From assembly GCA_964016885.1 (NCBI GenBank), contig OZ024741.1, positions 393,700,001 to 393,764,000 on the forward strand: a stretch of 64,000 nucleotides of DNA, read 5' to 3'. Made by a program: the position numbers and the translations under genes. How positions within the stretch are numbered: the stretch's first letter is position 1; the number at the start of each line of letters is the position of its first letter. Of the stretch, positions 12,780-25,679 are shown one piece after another. This DNA comes from Eledone cirrhosa. Lineage: Eukaryota. A model generated the notes under the pieces. It was given only the letters and a program-made list of their open reading frames with translations, was not told the origin of the DNA and did not search any database.

Positions 12780-14001
12780 GTGGGTCGACAGACTCCTAGT
12801 CTTCATTAAGACATCTCCCTGGCAGAAGGCCACTCTGATATAAAATCTGCGACTTCATTTCCATCGAATGATGTAGTCCAGTTCTACTTTTTGGGTAAAT
12901 GCATTCGATGTTCAGAGAGGGGTTGACTTCGTGCAAAGCCTTTCCTCACTTAAAAAATCTTCAAGCACATGCATCGCTTGTTATGTGACAATTTTTACGA
13001 TGCATGAGAACCTGCCCCTGGTAAGCAGTACAGTGAACCAAATATCTATGTGTATGGTAAACGACTTGGAGTGGTTGATCAGTTTGTCTACCTGGGAAGC
13101 ACTGTCAATCGATACAGCAATCTTAATAATGAAATTCCACTCAGGATTAGGAAAGCAAGTGATGCTTTCGGAAAGCTGGAAAGGCGCTTCTGGGGTCGGC
13201 GAGACATATGCAAGGAGACATAGGTAAATGTGTACAAGGAATGTGTGCTCTCTTCTCTTCTTCATGCCTGCGAGACCTGGGTCACATATCGACATCACCT
13301 TAAACAATTGGAACATTTCCATCAGATGTGTCTCAGACGGATTCATGGCCTTCACTGGAGGGACGACATCAGTGATATCGAGATTTTGGAAAGCTCTCTG
13401 TGTGACAGTATAGAAGCTCTTGTGCTTAAGCAACGACTCCGTTTGAGTGGTCACCTTGCCAGGATGAAGGATCCTAGAAAACCGAAACAACTCTTTTATG
13501 GCGAGTTAGTGAAAGGAAAACGACCTCCACATAAACCAAAAGAGAGGTATAAGGATTCGTTGAAAGCCCCCTTGAAAGACGCTAACATCTCAGCTGATAG
13601 ATGGGAAAGCGTAGCTGCTGACCGTAATAAATGGAGAAAGACTGTACATGAGGGGAAAGTTGCTTTTGAAGCATCTCAAATCGCATACGAGAAAGTAAAA
13701 AGGGATGTGAAAAAAGGCATTGCTGTTACATTTCCAGACAGCGAACGGGTGGTCCAATGGCGCTGACATGCAGAGTTTGCGCAAGACTGCCTTAGCAAAG
13801 CTGGACTCGAAAGTCATCTTCGCAGTCACAAAGTGATGCCAAGCATGTAGAAGAGAGTGTAGATCAGCAGGAGGGCTCAAACAACATGAACTCCAATCGC
13901 AACCGACTATTGCCAGTGAATGTTTTGGTTGCCAACTCTGTGCAAGACATTTTAGATCATTGGCTGGGCTAAAAAGCCACATTCAATCGCAGCAACGTTA
14001 A
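12780..14001 (+). mobile_element. RTE LINE 3' fragment with C-terminal C2H2 fingers
   Basis: FVYLGS; ORF 13230..13766 LLHACETW..RLRLSGHLARM..PKQLFYGEL; CQLCARHFRSLAGLKSH. Confidence 0.9.
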
Positions 14002-14064
14002 TTGTTATGCATATGTATGTGTATATGTATATATAGATATGTGTGTGTGTGTAATTTTTTTTTC

Positions 14065-14109
<45 letters not shown>

Positions 14110-14110
14110 T

Positions 14111-14308
14111 TGGCTTTTTTTAATGGGCTTTCTCCACGATGGCCCTCGGAAGTCTCCCCCCTATTGGGGAATTTTTCATTGTTCCTTTTTTGTTACATCC
14201 TCTGTTTTTTTTTTACACGCAGAAATGCCCTTTTGTACCGTCCTGTATTGTCCTGTACTGTCCTTAAAGTCTTACTTTGTGTAAACCCTTGTGGTTAATA
14301 AAGAAAGC
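14111..14308 (+). mobile_element. Solo 3' UTR of the L1/Tx1-type LINE, within (ATT)n
   Basis: Near-identical to 17255-17450; ends aataaagaaa. Confidence 0.85.
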
Positions 14309-14330
14309 ATTATTATTATTATTATTATTG

Positions 14331-14662
14331 TTCTTTGAGTCTCAGTCATTGATGTTGGTTAACTGGAAAGTTTGTTGAAATGAATATCAAGCCACTACCT
14401 GCAGCCTCAGATATTCAGGACGTATCGAAGGGTTCTTGCTGTTCCCAGCAAGTATGCCTTTTGAAGTGTTCCAAAAAGCGGGGCTGGGCCAATTTTCTTT
14501 AACCATCCCTGGAAACTCTTTAAGATAGTCCCTAGTGCGCCTATGACAATCGGGACCACTTTGACTTCATGGCAGTTCCAAATCCTTTTTACCTCCCACT
14601 TTAAGTCCTGGCATCGGTTAATTTTCTCACTCTCCTTCTCTTGCACTCTCGTGTCAACTCTC
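14331..14662 (-). mobile_element. R4/Dong 3' fragment (restriction-like endonuclease) ending in (TAA)n
   Basis: EKESEKINRCQDLKWEV..VVPIVIGALGT..LQKAYLLGTARTLR. Dong elements are known to target TAA repeats. Confidence 0.85.
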
Positions 14663-17450
14663 TGACAGGTACCGGTTGGATTTCCCGAATGTGCCAATGT
14701 GGACTTGGACAAATCGTATCAGTCATCCAGATCATATCTAGATAGGGTATTTTGTAGGGAAAAGGATAGGTCTAGCATAGGCTGTATTCAATTCAAGATA
14801 GTCGACAGCAACAGTGGCAGTGGTGGTGACAACAGCAGCAGCAGCCACTGGAACAGTAGCAGCAGTAGTGTAAACTACGAAAAAAGCGGAGATGCGTCGT
14901 GGCAACAAAGCCACGATCCGGTCTTTGACGGACCACGACGGGCGCATGATACTCGATCCGGGCAGATATGTGCGGCTTTTCAGCAGCACTTCGTTCAGCT
15001 GTTCGGGGGCAGAGGCGGGCTGCATCGGGGGATGGACTTTAGTGCCTACCTCAACGGACTGCCGCGGCTCTCGGCCACTGAGGCGGAGTGTTGCGAAAGG
15101 CCCATAACAGCTGCTGAAATACGGGTGGGGGGTGGGGGGTAATGACTAGCTGCACAATGGGTAAATCGCCTAGTTTGGATGGTCTGCCCTACAAACTTTA
15201 CGTACATATGCCAGACTTGTTCAAAGACCTCTTGGCGGACGTCTACTGCAACTGAAACACAACGGGAGAATTCCCAGCTCTGTGAGCCGAGGAGCCATGG
15301 CGCTGCTGAGAAAGGATCCGAACAAGGGGGGGATAACATAGATCATTTTAGGCCCATAACTCTCTTAAACACAGACTTCAAGATTTTGGCTAAGGTGCAA
15401 GCAAAGAGGTGGGCGCTTGTCGTTGGTGGTCTGGTGGGAGAGGTGCAAACATGCGCCATTCCAGACAGATTCATCCACGACAACCTCCACCTCATGCGAT
15501 ACATCGTAGAGAGGGTAGCTAGGGAACCTGGCACGGGTGGGTCCTTGATCAATTTAGATCAGTCGAAAGCTTTCGATAGGGTCGACCATCGTTATCTGGC
15601 GGCAGTCTGATGGCGGCCCTGACGGCAGCCCTGACGGCGGCCGGCTTTGGGACCGTCTGTAGAGGCTGGATCACTGCCATGCACAGCGACATCTGCTCTG
15701 TGGTGAGAGTGAACGGTCACCTGTCGGAACCGTTCAACATCATGCGCTAGGTCCACCAAGGATGTCCTCTCTCGTCCCTCTTGTACGTATTGACTCTCGA
15801 GCCATTACTGCACAAACTGGAGACGTTGAGTGGGGTCCCGCGCGAACTAGGTTGTGGAAGAACCGTGTCAGCATATGCAGGCGACGTCACCGTAGTGGTG
15901 TCGAACGCCAAACACATCGAGGCAATCGGCACCACACTAAGAGAATACAAGATGGTGACAGGAGCAATGATCAGTCAGGAAAAGTCGGTGGGCCTGCAAC
16001 TCGGCACCTGGAGAGGCAGGTCCATGCCGTCCAACAGCGTCGTCGGGCGCTGGACGGACGGACCGGTTAAATTGCTATGGGTCTGGACCTCCAGACGGAC
16101 AAAAACTGGCACGAGGTGACGAGCAAGGTGGCTTCTCTCACCCAGAAAGCTATCCCTGAAAGGTCGAGCGGGGGTGGCGAATGCGTACATCGCGTCCGTC
16201 ATCTAATACCGCCTGACCATCGTGCCTTGTCGTAAGCCACACCTGATTGCGCTGGAGCATTTGCTCTCTCCCTTTTTGTGGAAGGGACGTGCTCCGATGG
16301 TCAGGCGGTCCATCCGCTGTCAACACCTGCTACGCGGAGGGCTGGGCATGCCGTGGCTGATGATGCGCAGAGATGCGCTCAGGCTACGCCATCTCCACCT
16401 CTTCCTTGACGGTGATCAGGTGTGGTCGCCGTTTGCTATACGTGTGTTTTCCGGTTCGTCTCCTTGGTGGAGCTGCAGTCCTGGGTCAAGCGATGACCGA
16501 GAGGGAGCGTTTGGAGACTGGAATGTCTTGAGACGCTCATAGCCCTCGACCAGTCAGGCAATACGATCGGTGGAAACTCCACCTTGGCGTTCTATAGAGG
16601 GTTGGTGGAGGGAAAGAGCAACGACGTACTTGGGGAGACTCTCGGCGTCGACGAAAATTAACTAGCCAATCTCTTCGGGAGAACTTTCGGGCCGGGGCCT
16701 ATGGACAACTTCCAGAAATCCCTGGCCTGGCAGTGCTACCGAGGAGCTTTGCCAGTGCGGGATAAACTCTACAGGCATGGAAGTGCCGTCAGCCGGGCCT
16801 GTCCGAGATGCGCGCAGGGTGACGAAACCGTCCTACACGCACTCGTCCAGTGTCCGAGCATTGCTGACTTGTGGGTTTATGTCGAACACCTGCTGTCGCG
16901 TGTAGGACGGATGCGGCTATCAGCTGAGTCCATCGTGAGGATTTCCCCGCCCTCTTCCTTTAGCCGGGAAGGGCAGGCAGTTTTCATCTGTCTGGTGGCC
17001 ATGGCGAAAGAAATAGCGTGGTGGACGCGTTTGAAAGGGTTGAAGACGAGCACTTACCTCTTCGGTGATGCCCTGATTAACTTCTTCAAATTCCATTTGA
17101 AAAGGAAAATCAGGGTAGAGAGGGAAGTGCTCTCTTCCCAGCATTTTGTTGAAAGATGGGTGAGAGAGACAGGTATGGCCCGAGTGAATGGGCCTACTCT
17201 GAGTATGTGCCTGTAAATTGAAGGTGGAAAACTGGTGATCAGGGTCACCGTGGCTGTTTTAATGGGCTTTCTCCACGAATATCCCTCGGAAGTCTCCCCC
17301 CCTATTGGGGAATTTTTCATTGTTTCTTTTTTTTGTAACATCCTCTGTTTTTTTTTTGTTTTTTTTACAAGCACAAATGCCCATTTGTACCGTCCTGTAT
17401 TCTCCTGTATTGTCCTTAATGTTTTACTTTGTGTAAACCCTTGTGGTTAA
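14663..17450 (+). mobile_element. L1/Tx1-clade LINE ORF2, 5'-truncated and disrupted
   Basis: APE end SYLDRVF; FRPITLLNTDFKIL; LDQSKAFDRVDH; QGCPLS; AYAGD; C-terminal CPRC..ETVLHALVQC. Confidence 0.92.
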
Positions 17451-17500
17451 TTTGACTTTGCCTTTCATCCTTACGGGGTCGATAAAATAAAGTACTAGTG
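17451..17500 (+). mobile_element. SINE core fragment
   Basis: ctttgcctttcatccttacggggtcgataaaataaagtac. Confidence 0.8.
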
Positions 17501-18069
17501 ATTACGTCGATGAGGAAGGAAGGGGTGATTACGTCGACTGAGGAAGGAGGGTGATTACGTCGACTGAGGAAGGAGGGGTTGATGACAAATTACAGAAGCA
17601 ACGTTTAACATTCGCTACACCTGTGTGTGTATAGCAAATTGGCTACACAGATTGGCTGTTATGATTATGTGAGTGTTTGTGTGTGTGTGTGTGTATATGT
17701 GTGTTTGTGTAAATTATGTTTATATATAATATTTGTGTTAGTGTATATGTGTTTATGTGTGTTTATTTAGAAAGATACATAGACAATAGAATTACAAACA
17801 CACATCTACACATACATATATATATATAAACAGATACACTTAGAAAACATAATTGTTACATACACACACGTCTATGTGATGACTGAGGAAGGAGGGAGGT
17901 GAGAAACTATAGAAGTCCAGTGTTCTAAGATTCACCACGGCTGTGTGTTTGTATGTGTAGCAATTTGGCTACACACATTGACTGTGTTTGTATGTTTGTA
18001 TCACTTGTGTGAGTGAGAGCGAAGGAACCAACCAACAAACAAACATCCCTTTTTATATTATGTATAGAT
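17501..18069 (-). mobile_element. Probable non-autonomous Helitron 5' portion with internal repeats
   Basis: Minus-strand 5' TCTATACATAATATAAAAAGGGATG(TTTG)n. Three ~25-bp repeats at 17499-17578 and a ~315-bp internal duplication. Confidence 0.5.
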
Positions 18070-18443
18070 ATTACAATTAGCCGTCATTTTTTACGGAACG
18101 GGACCAGTTAGTGTATAATAATAATGAGGCTTTATTTTTTGGTGCCAAAGGATTCATAGTGTTATTAGCATTCCAGATGGAAGATATCCACTCGTTAAAG
18201 ATGTTTCACCTCTTGCTTTTGTTATTACTTAGCCACAACCCCCCCCCCCCCAAAAAAAAATGCTATGGATGCATGTGTAGCTGTTTGGCTAATAAGTTCA
18301 ATGAGCAGCTATGTGGTTCCAGCGATGCAGCTTGAGCAAGTGTTTTCTTCCATAGTTTGTCTGGCAATGGCTTTGCTAGAATTTATGCCACTTGGGGAAG
18401 TTGTTGAACTTTCTCCCCATCTCAACACACACACACACACACA

Positions 18444-18531
<88 letters not shown>

Positions 18532-18699
18532 ACGCATCAAACAATGTCACCTCCCCCCGAAACATAAAAATACCTCTCTCCCACCATTAGCTACACGATT
18601 TCTCTTTCGGTTGATCTTAAAAGTAACATTGGGTCAATGCTTACTTCATGAAAGCCTATTGGGTGGAATTTACACCGAATCTATCGGAGGATTATGTTA

Positions 18700-19285
18700 A
18701 TAATGGTTTCAGATTTAGGCACAAGGTCAACAATTTTGGGGAAGGGGAAAGTCGCTTAAGTCGACCCCAGTGCGTTAATGATACTTTATTTTATCGACCC
18801 TATAAGGATGAAAAGCAAAGCTAACCTCGGTGGGACTAGAACTTGGAACGTAATTATATGCTACGAAACATGTGCGACGCTCTACCAATATTGCCAATTC
18901 TTGTTAATATGTTAATAATTGTTTCTACTTTAGGCACAAGGCCAGCAATTACTCAGTACATTACTGGTACTTTATTTTATCGACCCGGTAAGGATGAAAG
19001 GCAAAGTTAACCTCGGCGGGATTTGAACTCAGACTGTAAAGGGACGTAACTATGCTAGAAAGCATGGCGTCCAACCCTCTACCGATTCTGCCAATTCACC
19101 GCCCTTAATATGTTAATAATGGTTTCTGATTTAGTAACAAGGTTAACAATTTTGAGGGAGAGGGGAAAGTCGATTAAATTTAACCCAGTGCATTATTGTA
19201 GCTTTAATTTATTGACCCCATAAAAATGCAAAGGGTCATAACTATATGCCACAAAGTATGTTGTCCGATGCTCCACCTATATTTC
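18700..19285 (-). mobile_element. Three tandem tRNA-derived SINEs
   Basis: Repeated core ttttatcgaccc..aaggatgaaa(a/g)gcaaag; A box TGGCAGAATCGGTAG and B box GAGTTCAAATCC on the minus strand. Confidence 0.88.
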
Positions 19286-19795
19286 CATGACTTTACTTCC
19301 TCTAATCAATTCAACAAGAAGGAAGATAATCTTTCAATTGAGCAACTAAAATACTCAACTCTGAAACTAATACAAGATCGTATATAGTGGTGTAGTGCTA
19401 AAAGAAGTAAGGGAAGACATTTTGAAAATCTTACTGAGAAAGTGAGAGGTAATGGTGTGTGCATTGAGATTATGCAGCTCTAGTTTCAGGGATGCAGTAA
19501 GCTTCCTGGAATTTTTTGAAAAATCAGACTGATTTTCGTAGGTGATGTTAAGAGAGCTGGTGGCGGCAAGTATGAAAACTGAGGACGATATCAATGCTTT
19601 GGTTACTCCTGTTTAGGTCTAATTAATCTATGATCCAACTTTGGTAAAAATTGATTGGTGACACTTGCATCACTTTCACTTTTGGTTACAGCAGCTAGTA
19701 TAATTTCATTTGGCAGACGTTGGATTATGTTTTAATTTCTTGTGTGAAAGGTTTAGTCTATTTTTGAAATCCAAGGTTCACTACACACACATACA

Positions 19796-19865
<70 letters not shown>

Positions 19866-19867
<2 letters not shown>

Positions 19868-22800
19868 TTGGTTCCAAGGTTGATAGGCTGTGGCGTGGAA
19901 GTGGGGATGAGCTCGCACTGCTTAAAAAATGCTCCTCGCGGCTTGCACCTCAAATAGCCTCTGCCAACTAAGTACAACTCCTAGCCTTCTCGTGTGGCTT
20001 AACATGCAAGCTCAGCGAAACTGTACCTAGTGACAGGAGAAGAGGCGTAGGTGAGTTTTGGAGCCTACAAACCAGTGCTCTGGGTAGATAGTACTCATCA
20101 GCCTAAGAGGGCAGTCCATCTAAGAGATGGCAAACTCTGAATATAAACTTCTGCTGCCTTGTAGCTATACCAACTTATGGGAAAGGCTTTGGGAGTAAAC
20201 CCTAAGGATAAATCTGGAGCCGGAGTCGCTAAGGCAGTTTGCTGTTATATCCAACCTCGTTCTGGCAACTCCTTGGCTCCACCGATGCCAAGTTGTTTTG
20301 ACCTCTGTCCTTCCTTTGAACAACACCAGTGGTGCAGAGACGGGAGGCGTACTGCATGGACAGTCATCAATATCCCATAAACGCCTGCCCAGGCCTGCGC
20401 CCTGGAGAGGTCATTCCAATGTCGCTCATTGTAGTAGCAAAACATAGAAAGCAGCAGTCTACCGGATATGTCTGCACATGATTGGCGTATGAGCAAGGCG
20501 CCAGGGGCTGATTTCGATGGAGGGAGAAGCAATTGTGTCTCACTGGACAGCTACTGCCCACCTCAAGCTGGGCAGCCCCCAGCCAGTTAAGTGCTGTCCC
20601 ATCATAGCCCATCTGCTCTATTGGATGTGTGGGGCATAGGCATACTAATATACTGAATCTAGTGCTGTAAACACTGCACCAAGAAAAACAATGAATAAAC
20701 AAACAAACAATGTAAGACACTGGCATTCAGACTTGGATGTTGGAATATATGCACCCTGACTACTGGTCATGCCATATGACCTTCAAAAGATCAGTGACAG
20801 CCGCAAAACAGCAAAATGCTATGAATTCGAGTGGACATTGCAGTGCTCCATAAGACACAGCTCCCAGATCTGGGGACCCTTCGTGAGAGAGAATATACCT
20901 TTTTCTGGCAGAGAAAGGCATAGATAAAGCCAAAGAGCATGGTATCATCTTTGCCGTGAGAATGTCACTGTTGAATATGGAGGAAGTCGGTAGCAACGGC
21001 TCGGAGCAGATCCTCTCACTCTGATTGTACACTTCAGATGGGCCTGTCAACCATGTCAGTGCTTATGTCCCAACCCTCTATTCCACACAAGACGACAAGG
21101 ATAAAGTTTATGGTGAGATCTGAAGAGAAATACAGGCTGATAATTTCTGGTGCTACTTGGCAGCTTCAACACCAGAGAGGGAGCTGACCATGACTCCTGG
21201 ACAAGGTGGCTATGATGGTACGTGGTCGGTAACATGAATGACAACGGGCAACAACTTTGAGCTTTGTAAGATCCATGGACTGTGTGTCACCAACATCTAT
21301 TTCCAGACCAAATCTCAGCACAACGTTTCCTAGCATCATCCTCACTCAGGGAACTGGAACTAGCTAGACCTGGTCCTCACAAGACGCAACCACATGAGAA
21401 ACATGCTTCTGACTCGGTCCTTTTAGACTGCTGACTGTGACACAGATCACTCTCTGGTTTGCTGCAATCTAAAGCTCCAACGAAAAATGATGCACAACGC
21501 CAAGCGTGCGGACAAGCAGCATATCGATGCTACTGTGATGCAGCAGTCAGTCAAACTAGCTGCATTCCTCAAGTCACTGGATGACACCCTTCTTAGAGAC
21601 CCCCGGAGGGTGATCTTCAGTAAAGATGGGATTCTCTCAAAGGCACCATCTATGAAGACCTTCGGGAAGAAGCGAAGAATGACACATGACTGGTTTGATA
21701 CGAGTGCGGATGAGCTCAATGTGACCATGGAGCACGCTGCTCTGTTGAAGCACAAACGCCAACCCACAAGGGCAACGCTACAAGCATTGAGATTCATCCA
21801 GGAACACAACACAAAAGATTGCGAGACACTGTGCAAATGACTACTGGTTACAGCTATGTGAAGGCATCCAGCTGTCATTTGATACCATTCGGGGAATGTA
21901 TGAGGGCATCAAGAAATCCATCGGCCCAACCCTGAGCAAAACAGCTCCATTCAAATCCAGAACATGTGAGGTCATCAAAGGCAAAAAAGAGCAGTTGGAG
22001 AGATGGGTGGAATATTACTCCAAACTCTACGGCAAGGAAAACAGTTTCTCCGACAACCCGCTAGACACAGTCGAACACCTACCCATCATGGAGGGGCTAG
22101 ATGCATTGCCAACTGTTGAAGAACTGTGCAGAGCCATTGATGGCTTACCTGCTAGGAAGGCACTAGGGTCTGATGCCATCCTCCCAGAGGTCATCGGGTG
22201 TGCAAAGGGAGTCCTACTTAGCCACTTGTTGAAAGTACTATGTCAATGCTGGGAAGAAGGAACAGTCCTGGAAGACATGAGGGACTGTAACATTGTTACC
22301 CTCTATAAGAGTAAAGGGGACAGAAGCAATTGCAATAGCTACTGGGGCATCTCGCTCCTAAGTATTGTTGGGAAGGTTTTTGCCCGCGTGGTCTTGAACA
22401 GACTACAGAAAATCCCTGAGGGGGTATACCCCAAATCTCAGTGTAGTTTCAGGTCAGAACACTCCACCATTGACATGATCTTCTCCCTTCAACAGCTACA
22501 GGAGAGGTACCAAGCACAAAGGCAGCCACTCTACATCACCTTCATCGTCCTCATGAAAACATTCAATCTAGTTAGTGGGGACAGCCTGTTCAAAATCATT
22601 GCCAGGATTTGTTGTCCTCCAAGGCTTCTTAGGATAGTCCAGTCGTTTCATGCAGATATGTAAGGTGTAATTCAATTTGATAACTCTTATTCAGAGGCAT
22701 TTAACATAGTGGTGTGAAGCAGATCTGTGTGCTGGCCCCCACCCTGTTAGGCATCTTTTTCACAGTCATATTAAAACATGCATTTGGAGAGTCAACTGAA

Positions 22801-23843
22801 GGTGTCTACCTCCTCACCAGATCAGACGGGAAGCTGTCTAGTCTGTCAAGGTTGAAAGCGAGATCTAAGGTTTGTCAGGTACTCATCAGAGAAATGCCAT
22901 TTGCAGATGATGTAGCACTGGCAGCACACTCTAAGGAGCAAATGCAGCACCTCATGAACAAACTTTTGAGAGCCTGCTAAAAATTCAGCTTGACCATTAG
23001 TCTGAAGAAAACCAATGTACTGGGCCAAAGTGTCAAGTACCCCCCACCATCACCATAAACAACTATGAGCTGGAGGTAGACCATGAATTTATCTACCTTG
23101 GCTCCACCATCACTGACAACCTCTCCCTGGACCCCGAGATCAGCAGGAGAGTTGGATGTGCAACCTCCACATTTGCCAGGCTGACGGAGAGAGCCTGGGA
23201 TAACATAAACCAATTATAAACAATAAGACGTCCTCAGCAGACTACTTTATCTCAGTAAGGCACTAATCGACCTTTGTAACCTGAGACGCATTTTGGATAT
23301 CAAGTTGACCGACCGAGTCACCAACACTGAAGTCCTCAACTGCGCCATGATACCCAGCTTATACACCACCCCGCTCAAACAGCGCCGTCTGCGCTGGGGT
23401 GATCACGTACTCCATATGCCGGATGGAAGGATCCCAAAAGACCTACTGTATGGGGAACTGGCCACCGGCACAAGAGCATAAGGACGACTTCATCTTCGTT
23501 TCAAGGACATCTGTGGGAGAGATATGAAGTCCATAGACCTGGACACTCGGAGATGGCAGGAGGATGCTAATGATCGCCCATGATGGCGACGAGTACTGCA
23601 CAAGGGCATGGAGCGAGGGGTAGAGAAACTGAAACTTGTCTCTGAGGAAATCGTGCTTGAAAAAATAACAACTCAGTAGAACTGGGGGAGAGCATCTTCA
23701 AATGCAGCCGCTGTATACAGGACTGCCATTCCTGTGTGGTCCTCTACAGCCACAGAAGATACTGTACCACTATCAGCAGCTAACACAAAATTCTCCAGGC
23801 ACAGGTCCATGGTCTTTTGATACCGACAGATGCCAATAATAAC
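19866..23843 (+). mobile_element. Near full-length, decayed RTE (BovB-like) LINE: 5' UTR, APE and RT
   Basis: SAYVPTL, LDLVL..DTDHSLV (APE); YWGISLLSIVGKVFARV, FADDVAL, FIYLGS, PKDLLYGEL. Many stop codons; (TAA) tail. Confidence 0.93.
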
Positions 23844-24544
23844 GAAGCTCCCCACAAGATTTGAAATAAATCGAACACCATCGACAAAACAATAATAAAT
23901 ATACTAAGAAAATGTAGGAGAAACATAAAGGACGAGAACCAAGAAGGCCTACAAAAACAAATTTTATTCACAGATCGTCCTTATAACATAATTAAAATTG
24001 CGGCCATGTGAGTAAAATTCAAGTTGAAAATCAGCCGCAACACTAAACAGAGTTTGAAATCAAAACAAACAGTATATCGATACATGTAAATAACAAACAT
24101 TTACTGATTGTAATACAATTTTCTTTATCAAAATTGGCGACCACGTTAGTAAAATGCAACAAGTTCAAAATTAGCCGCAACACTAAACAGAGTTTGAAAT
24201 GAAAATAAACAGTATATCGATATACTGATTGTATTACAAATGGTTGTATTATAAAGACAACGAAAAGTGTACACAAAACAACCACACAGGTGTACAGACG
24301 TTCCTTCTTTGAAATTAAGGGAAACATTGTACGATAACCAATGCGCACAAAACTGTACACACACAGAAGCACAAAAGCCGATACCCCCAAAAAATGATAA
24401 CGATCTAAATAATAGGCCGGCCTTAAGTACTATTAATACAATCAAAAAGACACAAATGGACAACCGAGGAATGTGCTTCAATCATACACGCGTACCTCAC
24501 GGCAACATTACACCCTAAAAACGAAAACACAACACACATAAAAT

Positions 24545-24870
24545 CTTCATTACAATTTAGTATAAATCACCAGTTGGTTGGCTGGTTAGCTAGCCGGAAG
24601 GTTGTTTATATATTGTCAAAGGTCTTTCGTCACACATTCTGTCACCTCCTCGGTGACTAGGTTTCTATTTTGTGTCACTCCTTTGTTCTGTCCAACACCA
24701 TCTTGTTTTTATGTCACAGAATGTGTGACGAAAGAGCTTTGACAATATATAAACAACCTTCCGGTTATCGAACCAACTAACCAACCGGAAACGTATAATA
24801 AATTGAAGTGAAAACAACAGGTACATGTATTTTTAATGGCAGCATGACCCTCCCAAAGTATAACAATATC
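24545..24870. mobile_element. Inverted pair of PLE pseudo-LTR fragments
   Basis: 24545-24712 (minus) and 24713-24870 (plus) are both homologous to 8305-8531. Confidence 0.8.
24615..24657 (-). ncRNA. Type I hammerhead motif (CCGAGGA variant)
   Basis: gtca-CCGAGGA-g-gtgac-agaatgt-gtgac-GAAA-gacc-tt-tgac. Confidence 0.6.
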
Positions 24871-25245
24871 TGTTTCAACACATTTTTCAGATAAGAAATC
24901 TCGTAAAATAAATTCAAAAACGAAGTATAATATGTATATAGATATATAGTAAGTATGTTTTTGAAATAGCGAGCGAGTTTGAAAATAGAAATAGAAGCTT
25001 TCGCCGTATTTTCGACAAAAGAAATTTTAGCTTGATAGTGGGGTTTAGAATCCTCTAAGCAATGGAAAAAAGATGATATCACACACACACGTATATTGTC
25101 AAATCGGACTGAGGAAACGATGTTTCCATTGGTCAATACTACATATCGGTCATAAGTCCAGGTAGAAGGAGCAACGTGCAATAAAGTATCACAACCTCAC
25201 TATTGCGAATCCAATTCTCTAACCAATCAGCCACGCGACTAGCTA

Positions 25246-25324
<79 letters not shown>

Positions 25325-25382
25325 TTATTTATTTCATTTATATATATATATATGTGTGTGTGTGTATATGTATATATATATA

Positions 25383-25660
25383 AACGGAAAAAATGAAACG
25401 AAATTTCATTTCCCACTCTTAGTACGGCTGTTACTTAAATATAAGTATGTATACGTACATACATATATGTATACAGACGTACAGTAGTATGTATATATAT
25501 ATATACATACATGCACACACATATATATATATATGTACGTATGGATTCACCGAAGATTTATTATAATGCTCGGTGTGTTTGTAAACAAACATCCCGTATT
25601 AAGCCGTAGTGTCTAGCAACCATCGTTGCTCGTTTGTTCAACACTGACAAAGGAACGCTG
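25383..25660 (-). mobile_element. Retrozyme-like repeat, circularly permuted copy (family R1)
   Basis: Homologous to 37485-37533 joined directly to 37110-37327. Confidence 0.7.
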
Positions 25661-25679
25661 TACAGATAGAAGAAAAGAA

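Noticed and set aside
19960-20030. HDV-like ribozyme in the RTE leader (ttctcgt..gcgaa)
   Set aside because: I could not build the P1/P1.1 nested pseudoknot by eye; it needs an RNArobo or Infernal search.
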